The position numbers were made by a program, and so were the translations under genes. From Octopus sinensis (taxonomy: Eukaryota), in contig NC_043000.1 in assembly GCF_006345805.1 (NCBI RefSeq), positions 57,846,001-57,910,000 on the forward strand: a stretch of DNA of 64,000 nt, given 5' to 3'. The notes beneath the pieces are model-generated. The model was not told where the DNA came from. It did no database searches and was given only the letters and a program-made list of their open reading frames with translations. Shown one piece after another: positions 13,173-25,374 of the stretch; within the stretch, counting starts at the first letter, position 1; each line of letters starts with the position of its first letter.

Positions 13173-14602
13173 GCAAAACCGAGGATGCTCCCATTTTGCT
13201 GCCAGTTGCAGTACACTGCTGCCAAGACATCTCCAAACAAGTCTGGCATACAACTGTAAAGCTCGTAGGGTAGACCATCCAAACCTGGCGATTTGTCTCT
13301 CGAGCATTCAGCCATCACCTCCCGCACTTCCACTGCTGTGATGGCACCTTCACAGTACCCTACCTCTCTTGTCAAGAGTCATGGCAGGCTGTGCAGGTAG
13401 GCACTGAAGTCCACCCTGTGTTCTGCTCGCCACTCATCCTGAAAGGTCTCACACATTTTGCTTGGCTCAAGTAATTCACGCCTCTGTTCATCTACCAGAG
13501 ACCAAATGGTGGCTTTGTTTTCCTGTTGCACCTCCCCCACCAGGGCCTCTCGTGTGGCTCCAACACCTTCGTTCCTTAGAGCATGCATTCTAGCTCTGAC
13601 AACACACCCTTTGTGTTTGGCATTGAAGTGTTGGTCGAGGGCCAACTTCACTGCCAAAACGTCGGATACGATGCCACATCTAATTGCCTTTTCTAGCTTA
13701 ACTAGGTCACCCTCTACTCTGTTTCTATCTATGGATAGTGCTTTGCTATACCTGATCACTTCTACTTTTATTGATCTCTTGAGGGCAAACTACCATTTGT
13801 TGTTGATGATGGCTCCCGTCAAAGCCCTCTTTACTAGTGTGCTAATTCAATCTCTGAAAACCTGTCTCGACGGGAAAGGCGTGTTTAGTTTCTAGTACCC
13901 AGCACCCTGCCTATGTGTCTTATCTAAGTCTAGCATACATGACACAAGTTTGTGATCCGTGTAGCTGACTATGTGGAATTGTGGACATCCTAAGCTATCT
14001 CCATCTAGTGTCCTACACAGTATCCTATCTAGATATGATCTCGACGACCCGATGTGGTTGCTCCATGTCCACGTTGGCACATTCGGGTGGTCAAGTCGGT
14101 ACCTGTGAGATAGTTGAAAGCATCTGAGCAGGTCTCTGAGGCATTTGCATCCCTGTCTATTCCTATCTCTGCCCACATTGTCTATATTTGTGTCCAAAGT
14201 AGCATTCCAATCCCCCACTAAAAGTAAGAGATGAGACGTTGCTAGGAATACTTCTAGACGTCGAAAGAAATCCAGCCGACCTGTTAAAGGTGGTGCATAG
14301 ACTGATACGAGTCAAAAGTGCACCCATTGCTGCCGTCAACATTCAGGAAAATCAGTTTACCCTCCGAGTCTACGAATATTGTCTTTACTTCGAGATCCAG
14401 ACTCTGTGCCACTGCTGCCCAATCTCGGCAGACGGGGAGAAAAATAAATGTCAAACTGTCCACTAAACATGGACTTAAGGGCCTGTGAATTATGGAGTCT
14501 GGTCTCACTTATGGCTATGATTTCTAACTTGTATGACTTTATGTCATTTAAGAGGTACCCTTATTTCAAAGGGGACCGTAAGCCACACGCATTCACACAG
14601 CC
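13173..14602 (-). mobile_element. L1/Tx1-clade LINE ORF2 fragment (endonuclease to start of RT)
   Basis: IKIGCVNACGL, ISETR, GDWNA, TWTWSN..SRSYLDRI, TDHKLV, GAGYWK and KSPGLDGLPYELY motifs, with stops and frameshifts. Confidence 0.9.
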
Positions 14603-15060
14603 AATCTTGATCAGAGTAAAAGGTAGACTGTATGACGTATGTGTATGAACAGCCATGCTACATGGCAGTGAAACATGGGTTGTGACTGCTGAGGACATGC
14701 GTAAGCTTTCAAGGAATGAAGCCAGTATGCTCCACTGGATGTGTAATGTCAGTGTACATACTCGACAGAGTGCGAGTGCCTTGAGAGAAAAGTTGGACCT
14801 AAGAAGCATCAGATGTGGTGTGCAAGAGAGAGACGACTGCACTGGTGTGGTCATGTGGTGAGAATGGATGAGGATAGCTGTGTGAAAAAGTGTCACACCC
14901 TAGCGGTTGAGGGAACCTCTGGAAGATGTAGACCCAAGAAGACCTGGGATGAGGTGGTGAAGTGCGACTTTCGAACATTAGGCCTCACCAAGGCAATGAC
15001 TAGTGACCAAGACCTTTGGGAATATGCTGTGCTTCAGAAGACCCGGCAAGCCAAGTGAGA
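14603..15060 (+). mobile_element. RTE-clade LINE 3' coding end
   Basis: RVKGRLYD..MLHGSETW..GHVVRMDEDSCVKK..GRCRPKKTWDEVV. Confidence 0.9.
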
Positions 15061-15666
15061 CCATAACCTGTGACCTATGCTAGTGGTTTAACCAGCCCAC
15101 TTATGCATACCTTTCCTGTTGAGGCAAGTGAAATCAAAATCAAATTCAATGACAGCACCGCATGACTGGCATCCGTGCTAGAGGAGTGCTAAGAGCACCA
15201 TCTGAGCGTGATCGTTGCCAGGGCTACTGACTGGCTCTCATGCCGGTGGCACATAAAAAGCACCATTCAAGCGTGATCATTACCAGCATCGCCTTACTGG
15301 CATTTCTGCTGGTGGAATGTGAAAAAACAAAATTCGAGTATGGTCGTTCTAGTGCCACCAGACTAGCTCCTGTGCAGGTGGCATGTAAAAAACACCATTT
15401 GAGCATGGCCATTGCCAGTACCATGTGAAAGGGGAGAGGAGGAGGGTTAGATGAAGAGGGGAGGAGTGTTGAGCCCATGTGGCACAAAGGAGCGAAAAGT
15501 GAAGATTAATCCCTGTTCATGGCAAAGACAGGAGTCCAGATGGCCCCTGTGCAAGGACAATCTGAGCACAGACAGGTGTTGTAAAGAATGACTGGTAGAG
15601 ACGAAGTGACATGAGACTGGGGGATTGTTGCAGAGTCTGATGTCTTTGAGGTGTTCATATATGCAC

Positions 15667-15694
<28 letters not shown>

Positions 15695-15697
<3 letters not shown>

Positions 15698-16066
15698 TAT
15701 ATAAAATCCATTCTGTCTGTGTGTGTCTTCCAGGATCTCAGGCATCCTCCATCCGATTGCGCTCAAATTTGATATGTAGATACCGATGGTATCAGGGCGT
15801 GTATAAGTCTTGAAAAAATTACAAAAATCAATTCCAGGTGAGAATGCGATCGATAAAATGAATAAAATCGTTTTTCTTTGGAATAGGAAAAAATCTATCA
15901 TTATTTCTTCTTTTGCTGGTGTCTCAAATTTAGGTTAAATCAGTGTTTCTCAAAGAGGAACCCTATGGGACAGTCGAACAAGTTGTTTTGAGAAAATTTG
16001 GTTTAAATGCTTGACAACTCAGCACCGTCCATTGGACGGGGTGGATGGGTGGGGGCGTTTTGCTCG

Positions 16067-16067
<1 letters not shown>
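15695..16067 (+). mobile_element. Non-autonomous Helitron-like element
   Basis: Starts in (AT)n with TTATATAAAATCC..TCTGTCTG and has a subterminal hairpin CCGTCCA-T-TGGACGG (16025-16039) about 28 nt before the CTCGT end. Second copy at 61239-61593. Confidence 0.6.
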
Positions 16068-16126
<59 letters not shown>

Positions 16127-16129
16127 TAT

Positions 16130-18020
16130 GGTTTATATCTGTATAGTACATATACATAATATATGCCAGAAATATGGCCCAGAGCACAAGGCCAAAACAA
16201 ATAGGAACAATATTCTAAGGGAGAGGAAGATCCTCATGAGACGATGGACGAAGATTGCAAATCGACTCAACCAACATCCCAAAAGTAGCGAAACGTCCTG
16301 CCTAAAAACAACACTGATGGAGATCAAAAAAAGGCTGCAACAATCCTATGTGAGGGAGAAAGCACACAAAGAAGCCTGGGTTATAAAAAACATTAAATCA
16401 AACCCAAAGGCCTTCTTTCATTACGCGAAAGAAACAGCCTCAGAACACTGCAAGATAGGACCCCTCCTCCAAAATAATGGCTCCCTCACAGACAGTCCAA
16501 CTAAGATCAGTGAGATACTGAATGACCAGTTCAAAAGTGTCTTTACCACCCCGTTGGAGCACAGACAAGTGAACGAACAAGTGGACTTCTTTGCTGCCTC
16601 ACCTATAACCAGCGAGGCAGTTACAATGGAATACATTGACATTAGCAAAGAAGATATACTACAAACCATAGATGAAGTGGACACAAACTAAACTGCTGGA
16701 CCTGGTGGTTTCCCAGCAATCCTCCTCAAATCGTGTAAACATGCCCTGGAAAAACCCCTTCAGATTCTCTTCCAGAGCTTTCTTACAATGGTGGTGCCCC
16801 AGCATGGCCACAGCTCGTGAGCTGAAACTAGATAAATTTTTTAAAAAATGCCAAACTGCCAAGCAAGCTGAAGGAGGGAATATAGGCTTATCTCTCTGAC
16901 TTCACACATCAGCAAAGTCATCGAACGGATAGTCAGAGGGAAACTAATCGCATTCTTTGAAGAAAATAACTTGCTGAGTGATACCCAGCAAGGTTTTCGA
17001 CCAGGTAGGAGCTGCCTGACCTAGCTCTTACAACATTATGACTGGGTGTTGAGGCAGTTACTCAATAAATCAAATGTAGACGTAATGTACCTTGATTTTG
17101 CAACAGCTTTTGACAAAGTGGATCATGGTATGATATGCCACAAACTGCGTGACCTTGGCATAGCTGGAAAACTTGGAGAGTGGTTACATGACTTTCTGAA
17201 AGATAGGAGTCAGGCAGTAGTGGCTAATGGAGCCACCTCTATGAATACACAAATAGTGAGCAGTGTTCCACAAGGCACTGTCTTGGGACCACAGCTTTCT
17301 ATAGTGGCTCTCTTAGATATGCCCTCAAATGCCTGGATATCCACCCTCGCAAGTTATGCAGATGATAAGAAAGTCTCGCAGAAAATACAGGACCCCAGTG
17401 ATGATGTACACCTTGTAGCAGGAGTTGGACTCAATTTACAGATGGGTTGAGGATAATATTATGCAGTTTAATGTTGAAAAATTCCAAGCCCTGTGCTACC
17501 AGCATCCAAAACTGAATATGAAACTTACAGGGTACACCGGTCCACAGGTAATTTCAATCCCAGAGCCTAAGTCAGCGAGGGACCTGGGTATCGACATGAG
17601 TGATGATACCTCTTTCTAAGTGCACATTACCAGGATGGCGACAAAGTGCAAACAACTGGCTGGATGAATCCTACGAACATTCAGAACCAGAGATAAGGAA
17701 ACCATGATGGTCCTCTGGCGAACATTCATCCTCAGCTGCCTGGATTACTGCTCATACTGTGAAATTAACAGTGGACCTTGAAGCAATCCAGAGAAGATTC
17801 ACAAAGATGATCATTTCTTTGCAACAGCTTAGCTACTGGGAAAGGTTGAAACAGCTAAGACTCTACTCCCTGGAGAGAAGACGGGAGAGGTATGCAGTAA
17901 CATATATCTGGAAGATCCTGGAAAGAATTGTGCCAAATTTTGGCATTGAAAGCTACACCAATGCCAGAACAGGATGATACTGCACAGTGGCAAAGATCCC
18001 AGCAATGACATCACACTTCA
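16130..18020 (+). mobile_element. CR1/Jockey-group LINE, 5'-truncated RT pseudogene
   Basis: IKSNPKAFFHYAK, QQGFRPGRSCL, YLDFATAFDKVDH, VPQGTVLGP, YADD and LYSLERRRERY motifs, with several stops and frameshifts. Confidence 0.93.
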
Positions 18021-18049
18021 TATACTATATAAAATATTGTTAATAATAT

Positions 18050-18830
18050 CAGGAAATCAGTATCAGAAAATTCTTCCGAAAGATGTATACGTGTACAGAA
18101 CAATTGTTGTATTAAAAATATAAATATATGTAAATATGTATAAGTATGAATATATAATAATAAATATGACATTTTTAAAGTTTCGAATTAAGTTTTTAAA
18201 GCATCTTATGATCGTTTCGCAGAAGTGTTGTCCCTATAATGGAATCCTATATTGATAAGCATTGATAGACAACACTTCTGCTCCTCAGAGATATAAAATG
18301 TGAAATTTGTATAAATTATCGAATGGTAGTTTCTTAAAAATATGAAGTAATATGGGAAAATGGTCTTTGTTTGAAATACACTCTTCGACAGAAATGAACA
18401 CAGAAATAAACAGGGAGAGAATACAGAAAAAGGTTTAGTGGCTAGTGATCTTTCATGGTGAATGCCAGACAAAGCGGTCACACAGAAGAGCTAGAAAGAA
18501 GGGGAGATAATAAATTAGTGGTGATCCCCAAACGAAAGTGTGTGTGCGTATGTGAGAGCGTGTATGTGCATGTGGAAGGCAGCTGGTGACCTTGACATGT
18601 GCGTGTGTGCATGTGTAGGTGTGTGGATGATGGTCAAGTGCTGGGAAGTGGTCAGTGCCAGTGTGTACGCTGGTGTAGTTGTTGGGAAGTGTATATATAT
18701 ATATAGACATATATATATATTTATACACAAATACATATACTTTCCATTTATCTATATCTTTATGCTTATATATACACACACATATATATATTCCATTTAT
18801 ATATATATATATACATCTATATATAATAGT
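18050..18830 (-). mobile_element. Penelope-type pseudo-LTR/3' region carrying a hammerhead motif
   Basis: Contains the HHR motif below and lies next to a PLE coding fragment in the same orientation. Confidence 0.55.
18203..18292 (-). ncRNA. Type I hammerhead ribozyme motif, one stem III mismatch
   Basis: Minus strand: ATCT-CTGAGGA-[GCAGAAGTGTTGTC..35 nt..GACAACACTTCTGC]-GAAA-CGATCA-TA-AGAT. Stem I is 4 bp and stem II a perfect 14 bp. Confidence 0.8.
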
Positions 18831-18907
18831 TAAACAGGACATCAGACATTAAGACAATCCAAATATCTCAAGTCACATACAATATTATTATAGGAAAAAA
18901 ATCCAAA

Positions 18908-18964
18908 ATCTTACAGCCGTTTCTAGGATATCCCTGAGCATGGGATATTTTGACATCAGAGTAA
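18908..18964 (-). ncRNA. Degenerate hammerhead relic
   Basis: Minus strand: CT-CTGATGT..ATATCCC-ATGCTCA-GGGATAT..GAAA-CGGCTG-TA-AG. Core position A9 is mutated. Confidence 0.5.
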
Positions 18965-19839
18965 AATAGGGAAATAATATGGAAAATGAGAATGGTATAT
19001 ATCAATAAAATGAGAACATAGAGAAAGGGAGTAAAAGAATAAGGAGATGGAAAGAGAGAAGAAAAAAGAAGCTATAAAAGTTCATAGTTCAACTTTCCAT
19101 CCATGAGCATAAATCTTTAGGTGCAATCCTACATATATCCATGTGGGTTAAAGTCTGGATATAGTAGATAGACCAAGAAAAATACATGAACATATCAACG
19201 TTCAATAACAGAATGGTAGCGGCGGTGGCTATTAATTAGTAAAAGAAAATAAATAGAAAGAGAGGCAGATAGAATGAGGTAGGGGGGATTTTAGGATGAT
19301 GTATGGTGCATATGTGTATGCTGTCTAAGGGGTAACTGAGAAGATAAGAGAGAGAGGATGATGTGGTGGAGGAAGATAGGGTAAAAAAATAGAGTGAAAT
19401 GAAAAGAATTTAAAAGAGAGTAGTAGATGTCTGGTTGTCTCAAAGTCTAAAGTTGTTGGGAGGAAATTTGGCAGTCATTGCTTGTGTCCATCCTTGCTAA
19501 GGTCAATGGGTGTAGAGTTATTTTTAGCAATGGGGTTGTGTGTGCATAGGTAGTCAAGAAAGGAAGAGCTAGTTGAATGTTAAATTATTTATGAGTGGTA
19601 GTTAGAGTTAGGGGTTTATAGTAGTGGGTCTATTGGGTTAAGGTTTAAAATACATTAAGGATAAATTACAGAATTATAATTATCTCATAGTGTGATGAGG
19701 TAGGGTAGACAGATATGAGGTAAGACATAAGGAAGAAATAATAGTTATAGAGATATAGAAGGGGTATGTGTTAATGATCATAGGGGTTTGTATGCGGGTG
19801 CTACATATGGGAGCGGGTGAGCTTACATTTAGATTTATG

Positions 19840-20815
19840 AAAGAATTTAAAAGTGCGGAAGAATTTGTGCTTACATGTAGTGAAGGCCTCATTGTATTTA
19901 TTAAGCAATTGTGGTGAGTTGTGGGTTAGAATTTTAAGTAAAGTTCACAACTAGAGTGTTGGCCCTGATATGGGGTACCCAAGTCTATTATAGCCCAGGA
20001 AAGTTTATACTGTATTTTCTATTAATTAGATGGTGTATGTGGCTGGCTAGTGATGTGGAATTGCTATTTTCCTTATATTTAAATAAGTTTAAATTTGCAT
20101 AATACCTTTGTTTAAAATTGGTGTTAGAACCAACATAGTAGTTACAGGAGTTATTTACCATGCTGTGAACAGTGCATCGGTATATGATATTGAACCTTCT
20201 GCATTGGACATATTTAGAGAGTAGGAGCTAAATTTATGTTTATTAGATGAGGTGATTATAGATTCTATATTTGGTGTAGATGAATAGGATAATTTCAAAG
20301 TGGATCTGTTAAAGATAGAATGGTACATATGGTTTTGTGGGAAATTGGACTCTACTATTCTAAAGAAAGCTTTCGTGAAGCCCGTAATGTTTAAAGCAAA
20401 TGAAGGGTGTATACCAGAGAATAGGTCTCCCGCTGCATTTATTAGGCAAGTTAGGGGAGGTGTAATTCCTACTGAGTGTTAGAGAGTTGGAAGATCTAAT
20501 GTTAGTGTTAGTATTAGTGTTCGTAGATCGAGTGTTGTGCATGCGGGTGCTAGGTGGGCAAGATTGACTGATTGTAGTAGGAGGGAATGGATTTCTAATA
20601 TTTGTGTGCATTTGTCCAGAGCTAAGTTTCAAGAGGTGTTCCTTAAGTCTAGTGTTGGGTATAAATCTAACTTTCTGGAAAAAACCACAAGCAGCTAGAG
20701 CTTGGTTATAATAGTTGGTGTAGTTATTGAAGATTTCTTCATTGGAGGATAGATCAGATATTCTGATGGATATGCCTTTGATTATTCTTGAATATTCTTT
20801 TACGTTAACATGGTG
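19840..20815 (-). mobile_element. Penelope-like element, RT thumb + GIY-YIG endonuclease fragment
   Basis: IKGISIRISDLSSNEEIFN..YYNQAL..GF, FPQNHMYHSIFNRSTLKLSYS, NIIYRCTV..YYVGSNTNFKQRY and LLNKYNEAFTTCKHK; many disablements. Confidence 0.88.
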
Positions 20816-20869
20816 GACAGGTCAGTTTTAGCTTCCCTACTATTATAATGTAAACCTTTTTGAACTCAT

Positions 20870-21295
20870 AATATTCTGTGCGTGTATACCAATATTCCAC
20901 GGAACTTTTTAATAATTCCTTCTGGAAATTATCTTGAGAATGTATAATGTATTTGTTGTAATCGTTTGTGCCCAATATTTCAACGAACTTGTTAAACTTT
21001 TTTATGTTCTTAACATGCTCTTGTCACCAAAGAATGTATATATATGTATTGGAGTACTCTATGTCAACCAATATTCTGTGCGTGTTTGAATATACAGATA
21101 CAATACCAATATCCCACTGAACTTTTTAATAATTCCTTCTGGAAACTATCTCTAACATGTCCTTGAGAATGATTATTTATGTTGTAATCTTTTGTGCCCA
21201 ATATTTTAAGGAACTTGTTAAACTTTTTTATGTCCTTAACATGTCCTTGTTACCAAAGACTGTATATATGTAATGTAGCATTTTGTAACAACCAA
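20870..21295. repeat. Diverged tandem duplication, ~200/225-bp units
   Basis: Both units start AATATTCTGTGCGTGT and share GAACTTTTTAATAATTCCTTCTGGAAA and GAACTTGTTAAACTTTTT. Confidence 0.85.
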
Positions 21296-22623
21296 TAATT
21301 AACGTAACCAAACTTCTACATGTTACTTTTGACAATCTTTTTCCAAATAGTGAAACTGGTAAAGTAAATAAACATCTTTTAAAATTGCATTTTCAAACCT
21401 TCTTTCGTATATAATTCCACTCGTGCGGTACCCTACAACTCCACTTTGTTATATATATATATTTATATATATATATGTGTGTGTGTATATATATATATGT
21501 TCCTGCTATAGTGGAAATAGCTTAAACACCATCTCTGTTAGAATCCTGGTAAAGTGGTAATGAACAACATATGTAGAAATGGAAAATAAAATACTAAAAT
21601 GAGACAACTGATCATATTGTAACTTTGTAGTCAAGGGTGTTTATGACTCATTGTTAATATTGTCCCTCATAAATGTTGTTTACTTTTGTTTTGAATTGAG
21701 GGTGAAAAAAAAAATTTTGTGATGAAATGAGCATGAGATGAACCCAGCACTTCATCTTGTAAATGAGCAAAGACAAGACTCTTTATATTTGAAGAAATTA
21801 TTGATGATATTTATTCTTTGAATGATTTATTCTTATGCCAGCAATGAGAGTGATTCAGACAAATTGGTGAAAATGATGAGAAAAGTATCAATTCAGGTGA
21901 ATAAATATGGTATATTGTTATTCTTCTGAATTTTTTTTTTTTTTTTTTTTTTGTGATTCTGTGCATTTTTTTGCCTGAAATCATTACTCTTGAGCTGTAT
22001 ATGCAACTATTTATTTTTTCTGCTCAGGAGCCCAAGTGGAGGATAAAGTTAGACACAGGGGCCCAGGTCTGAGAGGGTTAAAAGGTAACTTAGACATTTG
22101 GCAAATGGAGGTCGATAAAATATGTATTAGATGAAATAAGTACTGGGGTTGTTATGATAAATAAAAACCCATAAAGGCAGTGCCTCAGAATGGCCAAAAT
22201 TCAATGACTGAATCCAGTAAAAGAGTAAAAGAATAATGGTGTAAGTGAATTGAAAACACCTATAATTAAGAATCAAAACAGGAATAAAGATTTGGCTAGT
22301 TGCTTATTATCACCTTCATATCCACAGTGCCATAAATGTCTGAATCTTGGGAAAAATAATATAAAAATATACCTGGACCCATCCTTAATTTTAGTACGTC
22401 ATTTTAAGAAAACATTATATAAATAAATGTAGGAAAAAACCTGGAAATTAACTTCAAAATTATCTCAGAAACAGTTTCAGACTTAATAATAATGACAAAA
22501 AGTAACTTGAACCTTACCGCATATAATATCAAATTTAAAATATTCTTTGCAGACAGTTGTGAAAATGTTGTCAATTAATCCAAGAAACTCTTTGTGTGTT
22601 AATCCAAGACAGTACTTTGTCAG

Positions 22624-22676
22624 TTAATCCAAGACAATGCAAACATGTTTTAATCCCAATTCATGTATACACAGAC
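22624..22676 (-). CDS. Putative terminal exon part (CLCIHELGLKHVCIVLD*)
   Basis: Strong acceptor TTTCTGTTGTTTCAG; phase-compatible with the exon at 23223-23263. Confidence 0.3.
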
Positions 22677-23222
22677 CTGAAACAACAGAAATGCACAGTA
22701 AGATTGCAGGCAGAAATAAACAGCACTCAGATTTTACCACATACATTTGTTAAACACATACATGTGCACATGCATGCACGTGTGCATGCACACACACACA
22801 CACGCAATTTTATCAAAGGAGCATGAAAAGAGTAAACAAAGGAGTCTTTATTGCTGTCACTAGAGGAAGCAGATAGTGAATCTGCCTCAAATCACAGACA
22901 TAAAATATAGAAGAATAATGACACTGGACATTGTAGTCCTTGACATAAAAACAAAGAAATAAATAATCAAATTGATCACAACCTTTAATCAAAGACCTGC
23001 TGAATCAAGACTGATCAAGTTAAACAAGATGAAGACACACAAGAATAGTGAATCATTTTGCTTTATATTTTATACCATTTTGTGGTGGAATGGACACAGA
23101 TCAACTTGATGAGAAATAGAACAGAAGATGATGGATGTTTCAAAAACAGATCTTTTCTTTCTTTTGAAATTGCCATCGTCATCCAACAATATAAATGACT
23201 CTTGTATATTTTAATGACTTAC

Positions 23223-23263
23223 AGAAATATGAAAAGTATATGTGATCCCACAGCATTTCAATC
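23223..23263 (-). CDS. Putative 41-nt exon (W-IEMLWDHIYFSYF)
   Basis: CATTGTTCAG acceptor and GTAAGT donor; phase-compatible with the putative exons on both sides. Confidence 0.4.
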
Positions 23264-23388
23264 CTGAACAATGATGTACCTCACTCAGTTTAATTGCTTA
23301 ATCAATATAAATCAATAGTTATATACATAAACAAACAAAAGAATAACATAACATCCAAATAGATTAAGAGACTGTTACACTGCCTGAT

Positions 23389-23439
<51 letters not shown>

Positions 23440-24584
23440 GGGGTGTCTGTATGTCACACCCTCAATTGTGGGCTTGCCTTGCAAGTTACTTAGTGACCTC
23501 ACTAATGCTGGTGCCATGTAAAAAGCATCCACTACATTCTGTAAAGAGTGGTTGGCATTAGAAAAACATCAAGCAGTAGAAACCATGCCAAAATGGACAA
23601 TGTGGCTTGGTACTGGCCTCTGACTCACCAGCTCCTGTTGAAGCATCCAACACATGCCAGCGTAGAAAACAGATATTAAATGTTGATACGATGACGATGA
23701 TATGCATGTATGTATGTATGTATATGTGCATGCATGTTTCATTTCAGAAAATTTGCAAGAAGCTAAGATTTGGATTTATATGGATAGAAACATACACAAA
23801 ATAATATTCAGAAAATTTCACCATATTAAATACATAATTTTTCACAGGAAGCCTTATAATAACTTTTCACCATGTAAATAAGATCACATATAAAGAGGCA
23901 ACTTAAACAAATGCATGGATTATAATCCTTATAAATCATCAACCAGTCAACATAATCCATTTTTGATTGGGTTTCCTCTATACTTCAAAATAAATTTTGG
24001 CTTAAGCATCAGAAACATAAACCTGGGAACTATAATCTGATATCAAAAGATGGAATAGGTTTTCCATTTTTTTTTGTTTGTTTTTTGCTTCTTTTCTTTT
24101 CTTAGTGCAAAATTGTGTATTAATAATAAAATATACATGGAAATAATATAAGAAATATACCGCAGATAAATTAGTCTCAAATTTGTTTTTAGGAGCTGAA
24201 GTATCTCAATACACAAAGTCATCTTCCTATTCAGCAGATCAGCTCCCTCCACTCCCTAACACATTACAAAAATAAAAACAACAACAGCAATAAACTTTAG
24301 TTTCAGCATATAAAATTTAACTGCAGCTACATAAATATATAATGAATTTGGATTGAATTAAGACTCACCAAATAAGGAATCTCTAGGTATGCAACAGTGT
24401 TCAATGACAACAAACATCAACTATAATAATGAGTCTCAATAGAAATTTCAACTAAATCTCCTTTAAATTACATCCTAGTATTTTGAAAAAAAAAACTGGA
24501 AGCACATATTGGACAATATAAACCTTGATACACTGTACCTGGAAAAAATATGCAAAGAGTGCCACACAATAAAAAAAATGTTAC

Positions 24585-24656
24585 CACTTAATCTCAGATG
24601 AGACACACATTGCAAAGGCATCCATGCCAAGTATCAGAACCATGTAAAGAAAAGGC
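24585..24656 (-). CDS. Putative 72-nt exon (PFLYMVLILGMDAFAMCVSSEIK), separated from its acceptor by an LTR
   Basis: Removing the LTR plus one TSD restores TTTTTCCCTTTCATAG|GCCT...AAGTG|GTAACA with an open frame. Confidence 0.4.
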
Positions 24657-25088
24657 TGTAGTGACGCCATCTTTGAAATCTCCAGCACGCATGCACAGAG
24701 TTGGATTCTTCCGGGAGGCCTGCCGGAAGTTCCCTCATGCGCATGCGCAGAAAACTAGCAGCAGCAAAATTCCCTCGTATCGTTCTCTCGAACGCTGGCA
24801 GCTGAACTGGACAGTTGTGTTTTATCAGCTCTCTCAAGCTGCTACCTCGTGGCATATCTCCGCTATGCTTGAACGGACAGGATTTGGCTCACTCCACTTG
24901 ACTACTGTGATAAGCTCCTAGGCTGCCGATTCACCCAGAAAGAAGAAATGTATATATTGCGAATCAAGAAATAAACATTTATGCTGTTGAAGTTAATCGG
25001 AAGTCTTGACTCTTTCCTTCGATTAATATTTTAATGTAAAGGATGCGAGCTGCACTCATCCAGTGCGGGGACCTCTCATCCTGTTACA
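24657..25088 (+). mobile_element. Solo LTR (432 bp), Gypsy-like
   Basis: TGTAG...TTACA termini, 4-bp TSD AGGC (24653-24656 / 25089-25092), TATA-like TATATAT near 24951, AATAAA near 24971, CpG-rich. Confidence 0.88.
24738..24749. promoter_or_regulatory. NRF1-type palindrome TGCGCATGCGCA within the LTR, with nearby ETS-like CCGGAAGT and YY1-like CGCCATCTT
   Basis: Motif matches read directly from the sequence; function untested. Confidence 0.4.
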
Positions 25089-25374
25089 AGGCCTATGAAA
25101 GGGAAAAACCTAACAGTTGTATTTCTCTCCTGTTCTAACATTTTACCCGAAACATCAAGACTAAGTAAACATTTCAAAAGTAGCATTTCAATATCTTTGT
25201 TATTGACATTATTCATACTTAATAGTCAAACCACATTACTACTGCATACACTGAATTTCAAAATATTCTGAAAGCTTTAAGTAAACTACAACAGTCTTCT
25301 CTTTCCCCTCTCCCCACTCTCTCACACACACACAGTGTGTGTGTGTGTGTGTGTGTGTATTTATATATCACCAT

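Noticed and set aside
21620-21960. piggyBac N-terminal relic
   Set aside because: Only an acidic composition hint; no TTAA/TIR pair or catalytic motifs found.
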